IMG/VR virus record: IMGVR_UViG_3300037067_017539
Direction: 5' to 3' (one strand)
DNA from: an uncultured virus (IMG/VR IMGVR_UViG_3300037067_017539)
Lineage: Duplodnaviria; Heunggongvirae; Uroviricota; Caudoviricetes
DNA length: 64,000 nt
Shown here: positions 47,291-57,697 of the stretch, piece by piece
How the letters are laid out: each line of letters begins with the position of its first letter
Numbering within the stretch: the first letter of the stretch is position 1
Program-made: the position numbers and the translations under genes
The notes under the pieces: model-generated
Database searches by the model: none
Seen by the model: the letters and a program-made list of their open reading frames with translations, nothing else
Told to the model about the DNA's origin: nothing

Positions 47291-48604
47291 ATGAATTTTA
47301 CAAAAGCAAAAAATAAGAACGATAAGATTTATTTGTTTGCAACTCGGCACTTGTCAAAGTGGGCTTCAAAGATTGTACTTGCTATGATTGGGTTTTGGGA
47401 TTACCGGATGGATGATAAAATTTGTTATTGGATTGTTCGGCATATACCAAATAAAATTATCGGGTGGTGTGTGATTGAAGTGTGGGCAAAAACAACCAGT
47501 GGTAAATATAGCAATACCATTATATCAGAACTTACAACAACAAATATGATGAAGCGTTGGGTTGAGATGACCGGCGGAATACCAAAAAAAGGATTAACAA
47601 TGAAAATTGCAATTATTAGTGACTTCAATATTGCTGGGCAACCGACAGCACTTATGCGGGCAATAAATAAATATACGAATCATGAAGCCCGATGCATTAT
47701 CGCCCACAACGACCACTTCCAATACGACGAGGACATTGTGCTGGACAAAGGGGAAAAGTCGCTTGTGGAGGCGACTGAGTGGGTAAAACAATGTGATTTC
47801 TTCCATTTCGGCAGGGGAATATTTAGCTGGCATGGTATGGACTGGAACGAATTAAATTTATTGACCAAAGAAAATTGCATTATAAAGTATTATGGTTCTG
47901 AATTGCGAAATAATGCTGAACGGATTCTCGACTTCCATTGCCGCACTGGAATTGCCGCAATAACCGGAACTGATTGGAGTATTACCGGGCTGTTGCCAAT
48001 CGGGTTTTATCATCTTGGTTCATATTTTACAAAATTTGGTGATATGGAAGTTGAGAATTTACCAATGCTTTTAAGCAAAGATGACAATACATTTAAAAAT
48101 CGGGTTTGTGCTGGTTCGGCCGGCAGTCCGATGAAAGGGTATGATTACCTCGCTCATATGATAAAAGAATTGCAAGTTGATGAATGCAGATCAATTGATT
48201 TGGATGTAATTGCCGGACTTGACAATGCAGCTTGCCTTGAAAGAAAACGACATAGCAACATTACGTTCACAAGTCTTCATGGGGCGTGGGGTATAAGCGG
48301 TGTGGAAAGCATGTTTATGGGCCATATTGTTTTGTCTTGTATGGACTCATGGATTATGAGTCTTTACCCGGATACGCCAACAATTGTTATAAATAAAAAA
48401 AATCTGAAAGATAAGCTTCGGGAAATTTGTATGATGCACGATGATGATTTTTATGAATTGCAAACAGTGACCCGTGATTTTGCAGTTCGTAACTTCAGCA
48501 CAAAAACAATCCTGAAGAGGTATCTGTATTTATTTGATTTAGTGATGAACCGAGCAAAGTATTTGAAGGGGTATTGCAATCCGACTGAAATTTATGATTT
48601 CTGA
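47291..48604 (+). CDS. glycosyltransferase (GT-B-like); likely start 47600, in frame with upstream ORF from 47291
   Basis: MKIAIISDFNIAG, FHFG, SPMKG, GAWGISGVESMFMG resembles GT4 donor-binding motif. Confidence 0.65.
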   Translation: MNFTKAKNKNDKIYLFATRHLSKWASKIVLAMIGFWDYRMDDKICYWIVRHIPNKIIGWCVIEVWAKTTSGKYSNTIISELTTTNMMKRWVEMTGGIPKKGLTMKIAIISDFNIAGQPTALMRAINKYTNHEARCIIAHNDHFQYDEDIVLDKGEKSLVEATEWVKQCDFFHFGRGIFSWHGMDWNELNLLTKENCIIKYYGSELRNNAERILDFHCRTGIAAITGTDWSITGLLPIGFYHLGSYFTKFGDMEVENLPMLLSKDDNTFKNRVCAGSAGSPMKGYDYLAHMIKELQVDECRSIDLDVIAGLDNAACLERKRHSNITFTSLHGAWGISGVESMFMGHIVLSCMDSWIMSLYPDTPTIVINKKNLKDKLREICMMHDDDFYELQTVTRDFAVRNFSTKTILKRYLYLFDLVMNRAKYLKGYCNPTEIYDF

Positions 48605-48629
48605 TTTTGTGTAAATAACCATTGTACGG

Positions 48630-48705
48630 TCAAAGGATTATTTTTAAAGTTTTTTAAAAATAATCCTTTTCTTTTTTAAAAAACTGATATATGATGAATT
48701 TAAAA
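48630..48705 (+). promoter_or_regulatory. repeated promoter element, copy 7 (identical to copy 8)
   Basis: 17-bp arms AAAGGATTATTTTTAAA/TTTAAAAATAATCCTTT; TTTTCT-17 nt-TATGAT(48690). Confidence 0.85.
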
Positions 48706-48707
48706 GG

Positions 48708-48739
<32 letters not shown>

Positions 48740-48765
48740 TTAACCATTAAATAAAGGAACCGACA

Positions 48766-49209
48766 ATGAAAAAAGAACCAATTATTGACGCAACCGTAAA
48801 CATCTGGCACAAGGACAAAGTTAACATTTATGGCGACTGTAAAATTGGCAAAAATGTTAATATTGGAGCTTTTGTTGAGATTGGGCCGGGTGTTGAGATT
48901 GGCCATGATACTTCAATTGCTGCATTTTGTTTTATTCCAAGTGGGGTTAAGATCGGCCATAATTGCTTTATTGGCCCGAGAGTTACTTTCACAAATGATA
49001 AATATCCACCAAGTGGAGAAGAAAATTGGCTGAAAACAGCGGTGCTTAATAAAGCGTCCATTGGAGCGGGTTCAACAATTTTACCCGGTGTTATTATTGG
49101 ATATGACGCAAAGGTTGGAGCCGGTTCCGTTGTAACAAAAAATGTGCCTGCTGGGGCGACGGTTTGTGGGAATCCTGCAAAAATTATTAATAAGAGGAAT
49201 GAAAAATGA
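48766..49209 (+). CDS. hexapeptide-repeat sugar N-acyltransferase
   Basis: [37 protein letters not shown]. Confidence 0.9.
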   Translation: MKKEPIIDATVNIWHKDKVNIYGDCKIGKNVNIGAFVEIGPGVEIGHDTSIAAFCFIPSGVKIGHNCFIGPRVTFTNDKYPPSGEENWLKTAVLNKASIGAGSTILPGVIIGYDAKVGAGSVVTKNVPAGATVCGNPAKIINKRNEK

Positions 49210-50306
49210 TCCCATTAAGTAAACCATATTTTGATTCATACGAATTGAATGAACTGGCTGGTGTTTTGGATTCTGGTTGGGTTGCCAAAGGGCCAAAGGC
49301 GGCGGAGTTTGAACGTGGAATAGGCAGATTCCTTATTAGAGATTATTCTAATGTGATTGCTGTTAATAATTGCACTGCGGCTTTACATTTATCTTTGATG
49401 GCGTTTGGCATTGGGCCGGGTGATGAAGTGTTGGTGCCTGATTTTACATTCCCGGCGACCGCATTGGCTGTAATGTATGTTGGGGCGACACCTGTTTTTG
49501 TTGACATTAATCAGTTGACATATAATATAGATATGGATGACGCGGCTTATAAAGTTACTGAAAAAACCAAGGCAATAATTCCGGTTCATACGTTTGGACA
49601 GTGTGCCGATATGGATCGGGTATTAAGTCTTGCATCTCGACAAAATCTTTTGGTTATTGAGGATGCGGCTTGTGCCTTCGGTTCAAAATATTCCGGTCAA
49701 CATGCCGGCACATTTGGGCATGCAGGGTGTTTTTCATTTCATGCAAGAAAAGGCCTTACAACTGGCGAAGGTGGCGCTGTTGTTGTAAAGGGTAAAATTG
49801 CTTCAAAAAAAATCAGGTTGATGAGCCAGTTTGGAATTGAAGGAGCTTTTGAAAGAAGCAATAAAGAAATAATAATTCCGAAAGTTGAAATGGTCGGGTA
49901 TAATTATAAAATGAGTGATATTGTTGCGGCTGTTGGTGTGGCGCAGTTAAAAAAAATTGATAGAATGATTGAAGGTCGAAGGGAGTGGGCAAACCGACTT
50001 GACCGGTTTGTTGAAAAATCCCTTGAGCTTAAGGTTCCACACAGAGACGCAAGGTGTTACCATACATTTCAATCATATGTCGCACTGGCAAAGGATAACG
50101 AAACGAGAGATAAATTGATTGTTGGGTTGAAAACAAGGCGAAATCCCATTCAGGCTTCTGTTGGAACTTATTCTTTGCAGGAACAACCGGTATTTAAACA
50201 ATTCAATAAAAATGATTGCCCTGTATCAAGGGACATTGCTCATCGGGCTATTGCACTGCCGATGTATTACGGCATTATGAAAAACCATAGAAAGGGAATA
50301 AAATGA
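49206..50306 (+). CDS. DegT/DnrJ/EryC1/StrS PLP sugar aminotransferase
   Basis: [35 protein letters not shown]. Confidence 0.93.
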   Translation: MIPLSKPYFDSYELNELAGVLDSGWVAKGPKAAEFERGIGRFLIRDYSNVIAVNNCTAALHLSLMAFGIGPGDEVLVPDFTFPATALAVMYVGATPVFVDINQLTYNIDMDDAAYKVTEKTKAIIPVHTFGQCADMDRVLSLASRQNLLVIEDAACAFGSKYSGQHAGTFGHAGCFSFHARKGLTTGEGGAVVVKGKIASKKIRLMSQFGIEGAFERSNKEIIIPKVEMVGYNYKMSDIVAAVGVAQLKKIDRMIEGRREWANRLDRFVEKSLELKVPHRDARCYHTFQSYVALAKDNETRDKLIVGLKTRRNPIQASVGTYSLQEQPVFKQFNKNDCPVSRDIAHRAIALPMYYGIMKNHRKGIK

Positions 50307-50437
50307 AAATTTTCGATACGATTATGATAATTTTGATTTTGGGTTTAATTTTTTATATTGGTTTTTGTATTGGTTTGAATACTCAATCTTTAGGCCATAT
50401 TCTTTACGAATCCAATACCGGCATTTTATGTTGCTGA
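50303..50437 (+). CDS. small membrane protein (44 aa, not in ORF track)
   Basis: ATGA overlap; IMIILILGLIFYIGFCIGL. Confidence 0.45.
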   Translation: MKIFDTIMIILILGLIFYIGFCIGLNTQSLGHILYESNTGILCC

Positions 50438-50455
50438 ACCACAGAAAGGGACAAG

Positions 50456-51145
50456 ATGAAACTTATTAAACCATCTGTTGAACTTCTTTATTTTAATGAC
50501 GATGCATTGAAGCTGATTGAAATTGCCGGCCGAACTTGTTACAAAAGTGAAGATAAAATTATAGAAACGTCTTCAGAAAAATTTGTATTGCAGCGACTTA
50601 AAACCGGGCATGAATCGGTAATTGAACATTCTATGGCAACTGTACGTTTTATCTGTGATCGTGGTGTAAGCCATGAACTGGTTCGGCATCGTCTTGCATC
50701 TTACAGTCAAGAATCAACCCGGTACTGTGATTATGAAGGTGGGAATGTTGTTTTCATCATTCCGAAGATTGTTGTCGGTTGCTTTCCGACTGTTGGGGGT
50801 GATGATATATGGGATGAGACTCGGGTCATTAAGCTTTCCGGGGTGTTGGGTTTTCGTCATCCTGCGGTAATATGGGCCGATATCATGTTGTATGCAGAAG
50901 CAAGGTATAAAAGGCTCCGGGATGCGGGTTGGTCGCCACAATGGGCAAGAAGTGTTCTGACAAACAGCCTTAAAACCGAAGTCGTCATGACGGCAAACTT
51001 CCGCGAATGGCGGCACTTTTTTAAGCTTCGAACTTCTGCGGCGGCTCACCCACAGATGAGAGAAGTTGCTATTCCGCTGTTGAAAGAAATGCAAAGCAGA
51101 ATCCCGGTTATGTTTGATGACATTTCCCCGGAAGAAAAAAAATAA
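50456..51145 (+). CDS. thyX: FAD-dependent thymidylate synthase
   Basis: GHESVIEH, SHELVRHRLASYSQESTRY, NFREWRHF. Confidence 0.95.
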   Translation: MKLIKPSVELLYFNDDALKLIEIAGRTCYKSEDKIIETSSEKFVLQRLKTGHESVIEHSMATVRFICDRGVSHELVRHRLASYSQESTRYCDYEGGNVVFIIPKIVVGCFPTVGGDDIWDETRVIKLSGVLGFRHPAVIWADIMLYAEARYKRLRDAGWSPQWARSVLTNSLKTEVVMTANFREWRHFFKLRTSAAAHPQMREVAIPLLKEMQSRIPVMFDDISPEEKK

Positions 51146-51181
51146 CAATTAACTGAAAAATACGGTATACTTTAATTAAGC

Positions 51182-51212
51182 AGGGTGACGGATAAACAAT
51201 GTCCGTCACCCT
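51182..51212. other. GC-rich hairpin downstream of a GGTATACT -10-like site
   Basis: AGGGTGACGGATA-aacaa-TGTCCGTCACCCT. Confidence 0.7.
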
Positions 51213-51242
51213 TTAACCATTTAATAAATTACCGGGGGTAAC

Positions 51243-51560
51243 ATGGAACTGAAAAATATTGTAACCAACAACAAGCAGAATAAAAATGTCGCAATTAATT
51301 ACCAGCAAAAAGAAACCGAAGCATCATTGACCGGGTATTTGTATTTTTCAAAAAAGCAATACAGAAAACACCGCGATGAAGGCCGGGATCGGATGTTCGC
51401 AAAGCTTACCGATGGCGGAATGATTGAATATACCGAATTGATAAGTCTTGAAGCCATTCGTGATGATCGTTTTGTAAGGCCGATGGAAGAAGACGCCTTG
51501 TTTATTGGGCAAGGCTCTTTTTATTATTTTGCTGATGAAAAAGGGCGGGAATATAAATAA
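51243..51560 (+). CDS. hypothetical protein
   Basis: 105 aa, RBS GGGGG, coupled to next gene. Confidence 0.55.
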   Translation: MELKNIVTNNKQNKNVAINYQQKETEASLTGYLYFSKKQYRKHRDEGRDRMFAKLTDGGMIEYTELISLEAIRDDRFVRPMEEDALFIGQGSFYYFADEKGREYK

Positions 51561-52504
51561 TGAAAAACAAACGGATAATGGTGCTTGGTGGGGCTGGGTT
51601 TATTGGTAGTCATTTATCAAACAGGCTGCAAAGCGAAGTGACTGAAGTTTGTGTTGTTGATAATTTGTTCCTTGGTAACATTAAAAATTTGAATGATGGT
51701 ATAGAATTTTGTATGATTGATGCAAGCGACTATGTTCATTTAAGTCAAGAAATTATGTTATTCAGACCGGAAATAATTATTAATCTTGCTGTGTTGCCGT
51801 TAATCCATTCGTTGGAAATGCCGTCACATAATTTTACGGTAAACACAAAAATTGTCCAGAATCTATTGGAACTTTTACGACTGGGTGTATATAAACGACT
51901 TATACATTTTTCAAGTTCTGAAGTTTATGGTTCCGCTGAATATGCTCCAATGGATGAAAAACATCCATTATCAGCATCCACACCTTATGCGGCAAGTAAA
52001 GCGGCCGGTGACGTGCTGGCGCTCTCGTATGCCAAGACTTTTGGAAGTAACATTGCAATCATTAGGCCGTTTAATAATTATGGGCCTAAGCAAAATGGCG
52101 GCTCTTATGCTGGGATTATTCCATTAACCATTAACCGAATCCTTGATGGCGAAGAACCGGTAATTGAAGGCACTGGCAAACAAACGCGGGATTATATTTT
52201 TGTTGAAGATACCGTTGAGGCCGTATTGAAGCTTATTGAAAAAGAAGATATCCGTGGTGAAGTTTTTAACGTTGCAAGCGGGCATGATATTTCTGTTGAA
52301 TGGCTTGTAAAAGAAATTTGCCAGCTTATGAATTATTCGGGTAAAATAAAGTATCTACCGGAAAGAATGGGCGATGTTAAACGGCATATTGCAAACACAT
52401 TAAAGGCAAAGGACGTGCTTGGCTTCCATCATAAAATCGGGATGGAAACGGGCTTGAACAAAACGATTGATTGGTATTGTTATTTAAAGGGCGGAAGGGC
52501 GTGA
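51560..52504 (+). CDS. NAD-dependent epimerase/dehydratase (extended SDR)
   Basis: LGGAGFIG, SSSEVYG, PYAASK, RPFNNYGP, TRDYIFVED. Confidence 0.93.
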   Translation: MKNKRIMVLGGAGFIGSHLSNRLQSEVTEVCVVDNLFLGNIKNLNDGIEFCMIDASDYVHLSQEIMLFRPEIIINLAVLPLIHSLEMPSHNFTVNTKIVQNLLELLRLGVYKRLIHFSSSEVYGSAEYAPMDEKHPLSASTPYAASKAAGDVLALSYAKTFGSNIAIIRPFNNYGPKQNGGSYAGIIPLTINRILDGEEPVIEGTGKQTRDYIFVEDTVEAVLKLIEKEDIRGEVFNVASGHDISVEWLVKEICQLMNYSGKIKYLPERMGDVKRHIANTLKAKDVLGFHHKIGMETGLNKTIDWYCYLKGGRA

Positions 52505-52507
52505 AGC

Positions 52508-53569
52508 ATGATAGAAATTATCATTGCAAACACAGAAAAAGATTTTTTTGATTGGGATGAATATGTTAAAACAAAAGAATATGCCGGGTTCAATGCGAGT
52601 ACCGGCTTTTTGCGTTTTCTGAATGAGGTGTTTACAAAGGGCGTAACGCCTTATTATATCATCGCCCGTGAAAACAAACAAATTGTCGGGGTTTTACCGT
52701 CAATGTTGATCAAAGGTAAATATGGGCCGGTATTAAATTCCATGCCGTGGTTTGGGTCTAACCCCGGTGTTATTGCCGATAATTTTGAAGTGGAAGCACA
52801 ACTGATAGAATCATTTATGAATATTGCAAGATGGACAGAATGCTTAAGCGCAACCATCATTTCAAGGCCGTTTCAGAATATAATTATATATCAGGCTTTT
52901 GATTGGACGCATTTTGCCGTAAGAATTGGTTCCATTACAGAACTACCTGAATATGTTGACGATGAACAATTTTATGCAGACCTTATGAAAAAGTTGCATA
53001 TTAAAACTCGGAATCAGTTGCGTAAATCAATTAATGGGTGTGAAGCCGTTGCAAACGATTCCATTTTAATGTCTTCATTTAATTTTCTTTCCAAAACCCA
53101 CAGAGAAAACATGGAAGCCATTGGCGCTCCTGTAAAATGTCGTGAATTTTGGGCTCTATATGAAAAGTTCACGTTTAATGTTGATTACGATTTGCTGGTA
53201 GCTTATGAACGGGAAGATTATGATAAATCTGCCGCACTGCTGACGAAGTATTTTAATAAAACAGTTGACTATATGACCCCAGCAATCTTGAAAGAAAAGC
53301 GGAGTTTGAATCCACTCCATACCCTGATTTATCATGCCATGAAAGAGGCTGCAAAACGTGGTTTTAAATATTGGAATTGGGGCGGAACAATGCCGACCGG
53401 TATGGAAGGCGTAATGCGGTTCAAAAAACGTTTTGGTTCTGATCAAGGTGAATATATTTATTTTACCAAGATGTTCAGGGCAATGCCGGCAGAAGCTACA
53501 AAAGAAACCTTGCTGGCTGAATACCCTTATTTTTATGTATTTCCATTCGACGAATTGGAGACAAAATAA
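52508..53569 (+). CDS. GNAT/FemAB-like acyltransferase
   Basis: LNSMPWFG, KTRNQLRK, AAKRGFKYWNWGGT, GVMRFKKRFG. Confidence 0.8.
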   Translation: MIEIIIANTEKDFFDWDEYVKTKEYAGFNASTGFLRFLNEVFTKGVTPYYIIARENKQIVGVLPSMLIKGKYGPVLNSMPWFGSNPGVIADNFEVEAQLIESFMNIARWTECLSATIISRPFQNIIIYQAFDWTHFAVRIGSITELPEYVDDEQFYADLMKKLHIKTRNQLRKSINGCEAVANDSILMSSFNFLSKTHRENMEAIGAPVKCREFWALYEKFTFNVDYDLLVAYEREDYDKSAALLTKYFNKTVDYMTPAILKEKRSLNPLHTLIYHAMKEAAKRGFKYWNWGGTMPTGMEGVMRFKKRFGSDQGEYIYFTKMFRAMPAEATKETLLAEYPYFYVFPFDELETK

Positions 53570-54519
53570 TGAAAGTGCTTATTACAGGTGGTGGTGGCTT
53601 TATTGGTCGGTATCTTACGGCAAAAATGAACGAGTTGGGCTGGGAAGTTTGTTCAATTGGTCATAATGGCAATAAAAAAACATCAGATGTTAATGGAGGG
53701 AAACATAGCGACTGGCAAGATTTTGAGGGGAATCCACTGGTTGCAGACCAAAGGATTAAAAAGATTGATGCTGTTGTTCACCTTGCCGCAAAACTGATGA
53801 TAAACAATCACACGCCGGAAGAATATTTTGGCGTGAATGCAATCGGAACTTTTAATGTGCTGGAGTATTGCCGGGTAAACAAGATTCCAAAAATTGTTTA
53901 TGCTATGACCCATTCCGATATGAATAATGTGCATAAACCTATTTATGAAGGCCGACCGGCAAACTTCAAAACAAATTCTTTTGAGAACAATTCCATCCCG
54001 TTTATTGCTTCAAAAATAGCCGGCGCAAACATGGTCGAAGCCTATACAAATTCAGGTGCAATAAATGGGGTTATATTGCGGCTTGCAAATATTCGTGGTG
54101 TTGGTTCTTCCGATACAAAATATAATTCGCCATTTCACCAGTTTATAAAAAAGGCTCGGGCTGGCGAACCGATTGAAATATGGGGCAATCCGCCAACAAC
54201 CACAAGAGATTTGATTTACATCAAAGACGTTGTGGATGCAATAATTAAATCCATATCCATTGAAGGGGCTGTTGGAACTTTTAATATTGGTTCGGGTCAA
54301 AGCTTGACGGTAAAAGAAGAAGTATTGGCAATAAAGAAAGTTTTCTGTCAACCGGATAATTTGTCAAAAATTATTTATCGTTCTGATATCCCTGAACTTA
54401 GAAAACAAAGTAGCTTGTTCAATATAAACCGGGCAAGAATTCTTTTAAATTGGAAACCAAAGTTTACATATGTTCAAGCACTTGAAGACATGAAAAAAAT
54501 AATGGAAAAGACTGATTGA
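53569..54519 (+). CDS. atypical NAD-dependent epimerase/dehydratase (FxxxK instead of YxxxK)
   Basis: TGGGGFIG, VVHLAA, PFIASK, LRLANI.G, RDLIYIKD. Confidence 0.85.
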   Translation: MKVLITGGGGFIGRYLTAKMNELGWEVCSIGHNGNKKTSDVNGGKHSDWQDFEGNPLVADQRIKKIDAVVHLAAKLMINNHTPEEYFGVNAIGTFNVLEYCRVNKIPKIVYAMTHSDMNNVHKPIYEGRPANFKTNSFENNSIPFIASKIAGANMVEAYTNSGAINGVILRLANIRGVGSSDTKYNSPFHQFIKKARAGEPIEIWGNPPTTTRDLIYIKDVVDAIIKSISIEGAVGTFNIGSGQSLTVKEEVLAIKKVFCQPDNLSKIIYRSDIPELRKQSSLFNINRARILLNWKPKFTYVQALEDMKKIMEKTD

Positions 54520-54545
54520 TAAAATATTATTAATTAATTATGCAA

Positions 54546-54621
54546 TCAAAGGATTATTTTTAAAGTTTTTTAAAAATAATCCTTTTCTTTTTTAAAAAAC
54601 TGATATATGATGAATTTAAAA
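54546..54621 (+). promoter_or_regulatory. repeated promoter element, copy 8 (identical to copy 7)
   Basis: 76/76 nt identical to 48630-48705; followed by RBS with G7 run. Confidence 0.85.
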
Positions 54622-54638
54622 AAAGGAGGGGGGGTAAA

Positions 54639-55304
54639 ATGATTAACGAATTTGTTTTAACCTTTGATGTAGATTGGGCTCCAGATTATATGATTGAACA
54701 TACAGTTCGGCTTCTTCGATCATATAATGTTAAAAGCACTTGGTTTTTAACACATGAATCAAAAGCAATAAACAATCTGTTGCATAATGATTTGATTGAA
54801 GTTGGCATTCATCCGAACTTCCTTCCGGGCAGTACACAGGGCGAATCAATAACTGAAGTGATGGATAATTTAGTTAAGGCTTTTCCAATGGCAAAAGTGG
54901 TTCGTACTCATTCAATGTTTTATTCATCAGAAATAGCAAGATTATTTTGTGCCTATAATCTTGAACGTGATTCTTCAATATTTCTGGATGGTATGCCGGG
55001 TATACAGCCTTATACGACCCGTTACACTGATTGGAAAAGTATTGTAAGGTTACCTTATTGCTGGGCTGACGATGGTGAATTACGTTGCCGACCAAAGTGG
55101 ATAATACCACAGTATGAAGGAATGAAGATTCTTGATTTTCATCCGGTACATATTTTTTTGAATACTGCAAAAAAACAGGATTATTTAGATTATAAAGCCA
55201 CATGTACAATGAACCTTGGTAACCGACATTTAACAGGTTCCGAAGATTATTTAAAGCGAATAATTGCTTATCAAGAAAACTTCAAATTTTTATCTGAATT
55301 ATAA
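54639..55304 (+). CDS. polysaccharide deacetylase-like protein (WbmS-like)
   Basis: LTFDVDWAPD, STWFLTH, EVGIHPNF, VRTHS, DFHPVH. Confidence 0.75.
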   Translation: MINEFVLTFDVDWAPDYMIEHTVRLLRSYNVKSTWFLTHESKAINNLLHNDLIEVGIHPNFLPGSTQGESITEVMDNLVKAFPMAKVVRTHSMFYSSEIARLFCAYNLERDSSIFLDGMPGIQPYTTRYTDWKSIVRLPYCWADDGELRCRPKWIIPQYEGMKILDFHPVHIFLNTAKKQDYLDYKATCTMNLGNRHLTGSEDYLKRIIAYQENFKFLSEL

Positions 55305-55315
55305 GGAGCATAAAA

Positions 55316-56296
55316 ATGACAAGGGAAATGCTTCGGAAATTTAAAACGACTCGACAACTGGTTAAAAAATATAACCTTGATTTAACGGGCCTGAATGTTT
55401 TTACTGAAGCTGCAACCGGCAATTATTTTTTTACGGCCGTGGCGGCGGCGTTGGCCGGAGCAAAAAATGTTTTTGCTTACAATTCAGAAGCTATTAATAT
55501 TATGGTGGAGTTTTGTGGGTTTTTTAAAATGTTTCAATATGATTTCCCTGAATTAAATTCAATTAAATTTGTGACTGATAAAAATAAAATAGCAGAAGCC
55601 GATATTATTACAAATTCAGGATATGTTCGGCCTATAACCAGTAAAGATGTTGAGTCGATGAAAAAGACGGCTGTTATTGCTTTGATGATGCAAACTGATC
55701 AAGTTCGTAACTCTGATATTAATTTGGTAGAATGCTTTTTAAGCGGTATTAAGTGTGTCCCAGTTGATGAATATGAAATTGGCATTGCCCATTCCATGAA
55801 TTTTAAATTGATGAAAGCTCTGTTTTCAGCTGGGTTGTCTGTATGGGGCGATAAATATCTTTTTTGTGGTGGTGGAGATTTAACTTATAATATTTTGGAT
55901 TTTTTTAATAAAAATGGTATACAGGTAGATAAGATTAATGGTTCTTGGCTTTGCGATACAAACAAATTATGTTATGATGCAATCGTTATCCATGATTATT
56001 ATACCAATACGTTATGGGTGGGTGAAGAAAAGGATCATCCAGTAATTTCTGTTGAAAGAATATTGACACAAAATCCATTATTGAAAATAATTAACATTTC
56101 TGGCAATGCGGATATAATATCTTTAGTTTCTGCTGATATAGATGTGTTTCCTTTGCAAGAAGCTGTTTACGGCAAAACGACGATAAGCGGTGATTATTTA
56201 TCACATAAGGTCACCATAGAATTAAATGTCGCGGCTTTAAAAGCTGCTGAAAAAGAATCAAGAAGGAGATTAAATAATGATGGAATTGCGTCCTGA
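55316..56296 (+). CDS. Rossmann-like putative oxidoreductase of glycan loci
   Basis: VFTEAATG..FTAVAAALAGA, ADIITNSGYVRPI. Confidence 0.5.
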   Translation: MTREMLRKFKTTRQLVKKYNLDLTGLNVFTEAATGNYFFTAVAAALAGAKNVFAYNSEAINIMVEFCGFFKMFQYDFPELNSIKFVTDKNKIAEADIITNSGYVRPITSKDVESMKKTAVIALMMQTDQVRNSDINLVECFLSGIKCVPVDEYEIGIAHSMNFKLMKALFSAGLSVWGDKYLFCGGGDLTYNILDFFNKNGIQVDKINGSWLCDTNKLCYDAIVIHDYYTNTLWVGEEKDHPVISVERILTQNPLLKIINISGNADIISLVSADIDVFPLQEAVYGKTTISGDYLSHKVTIELNVAALKAAEKESRRRLNNDGIAS

Positions 56297-57692
56297 TACA
56301 AAAAGTATCCATTATGAAAGGATGATAAAAGAGTGGATAAAAATTTCCGTGATAATGGCCGGTGACCCTGCCATTAAAGAGGCTGGTCAAATTTATCTGC
56401 CGAAATTAACTGGTCAAACCCCAGCTCAATATAAAGCGTATAAAAACAGAGGGGTATTTTTTAATGCGTTTGACAGAACGGTTGTTGGATTTTCCGGTGC
56501 CATTGTTAAGAAAAATCCTATCTTTGAAGTTTCCCCAAGAATTAAAGAAATGTTGCCTCATATTACAGTAAACAACGAATCCATTGAAGAAGTGACAGAA
56601 ATAATAGGCAAGAATTTATTGTCATATGGGTATTATGGAATCCTTGTGGATATGCCTGTTGTAAGGGAAGGCGACATACAAACAGACGAACCATACTTTG
56701 CGTTGTATACCTGTGATGCAATACTTAATCCGCTTGTACAGCGTGAAGGTTCAGAGAATAAATTGATAAGGCTTACCCTTGCAGAAACGGTTGAAAGACA
56801 AAACCCTAAAAATAAATATGAAATTTTTACGCAGGATGTTATCCGTGAATTGGCAATAGAAGACGGTATTTTGGTTGTGCGGCTTTATGAAAAAAAAGAA
56901 ATTGCAAAAGATAAATATGAATGGGTACAGATTGGTGATGATATGTACCCAGCTGTACGGGGTAAAAAACTTAATTACATTCCGTTCGTTTTCTTTGGCG
57001 CTGTTACAAATGATCCGACCCCGAAGAAACTGCCATTGGAGACCCTCGCGAACCTTAATATAAAACACTGGCAAGTTACCGTTGATTATTATCATGCTAT
57101 TCATTATTGCTGTATGCCTACTCCATGGGCGGCCGGTTTCCCGAAGTCAAGTGAATTGTATGTTGGTGGTGAAAAAGCATGGGTCTCAGAAAATCCGGAT
57201 GCAAAATGTGGTTATTTAGAGTTGGTCGGCAAAAGCCTTGAATATGTGCAAAATGCCATGGATAGGCTAGAAAATCAAATGGCTGTTGCTGGCGCAAAAA
57301 TTCTTGAGGCGAGAAAAAATGCTGCTGAAACTGCGGAAACTGTTCGGTTGCATTTTTCTGGAGATTCGGCAAGCTTGTCCTCTATAGTTTCAAGCATTGA
57401 AGCGGGACTTATAAAGGCCTTTGAATTTATGAGTCTTTGGATCGGTGAAAAACCAAAATGCGTTGTGAAACTTAATCGCGAATTTGTTTCAGATAAGCTT
57501 TCTTCACAGGATATTATTGCTTTGTTACAAGCTTGGCAAGGTGGCGGCATTAGTTTGAATACATTCTTGATGAATATGAAAAATGGTGAAATTTTAGGGC
57601 AAGATCAAACTATTGAAGACGAAAAATTAAGAATTGAAGCCGAAGGATCGAAACCGGGTAAATCAAATAATATTTTTGGTTTGGAAGGATAA
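56277..57692 (+). CDS. portal protein (DUF4055-type)
   Basis: YLPKL..Q...Y..Y..R..FFN, GILVDMP, IPFVF.G, LANLNIKHWQ, AETAE. Confidence 0.85.
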   Translation: MMELRPDTKSIHYERMIKEWIKISVIMAGDPAIKEAGQIYLPKLTGQTPAQYKAYKNRGVFFNAFDRTVVGFSGAIVKKNPIFEVSPRIKEMLPHITVNNESIEEVTEIIGKNLLSYGYYGILVDMPVVREGDIQTDEPYFALYTCDAILNPLVQREGSENKLIRLTLAETVERQNPKNKYEIFTQDVIRELAIEDGILVVRLYEKKEIAKDKYEWVQIGDDMYPAVRGKKLNYIPFVFFGAVTNDPTPKKLPLETLANLNIKHWQVTVDYYHAIHYCCMPTPWAAGFPKSSELYVGGEKAWVSENPDAKCGYLELVGKSLEYVQNAMDRLENQMAVAGAKILEARKNAAETAETVRLHFSGDSASLSSIVSSIEAGLIKAFEFMSLWIGEKPKCVVKLNREFVSDKLSSQDIIALLQAWQGGGISLNTFLMNMKNGEILGQDQTIEDEKLRIEAEGSKPGKSNNIFGLEG

Positions 57693-57697
57693 ATTAT

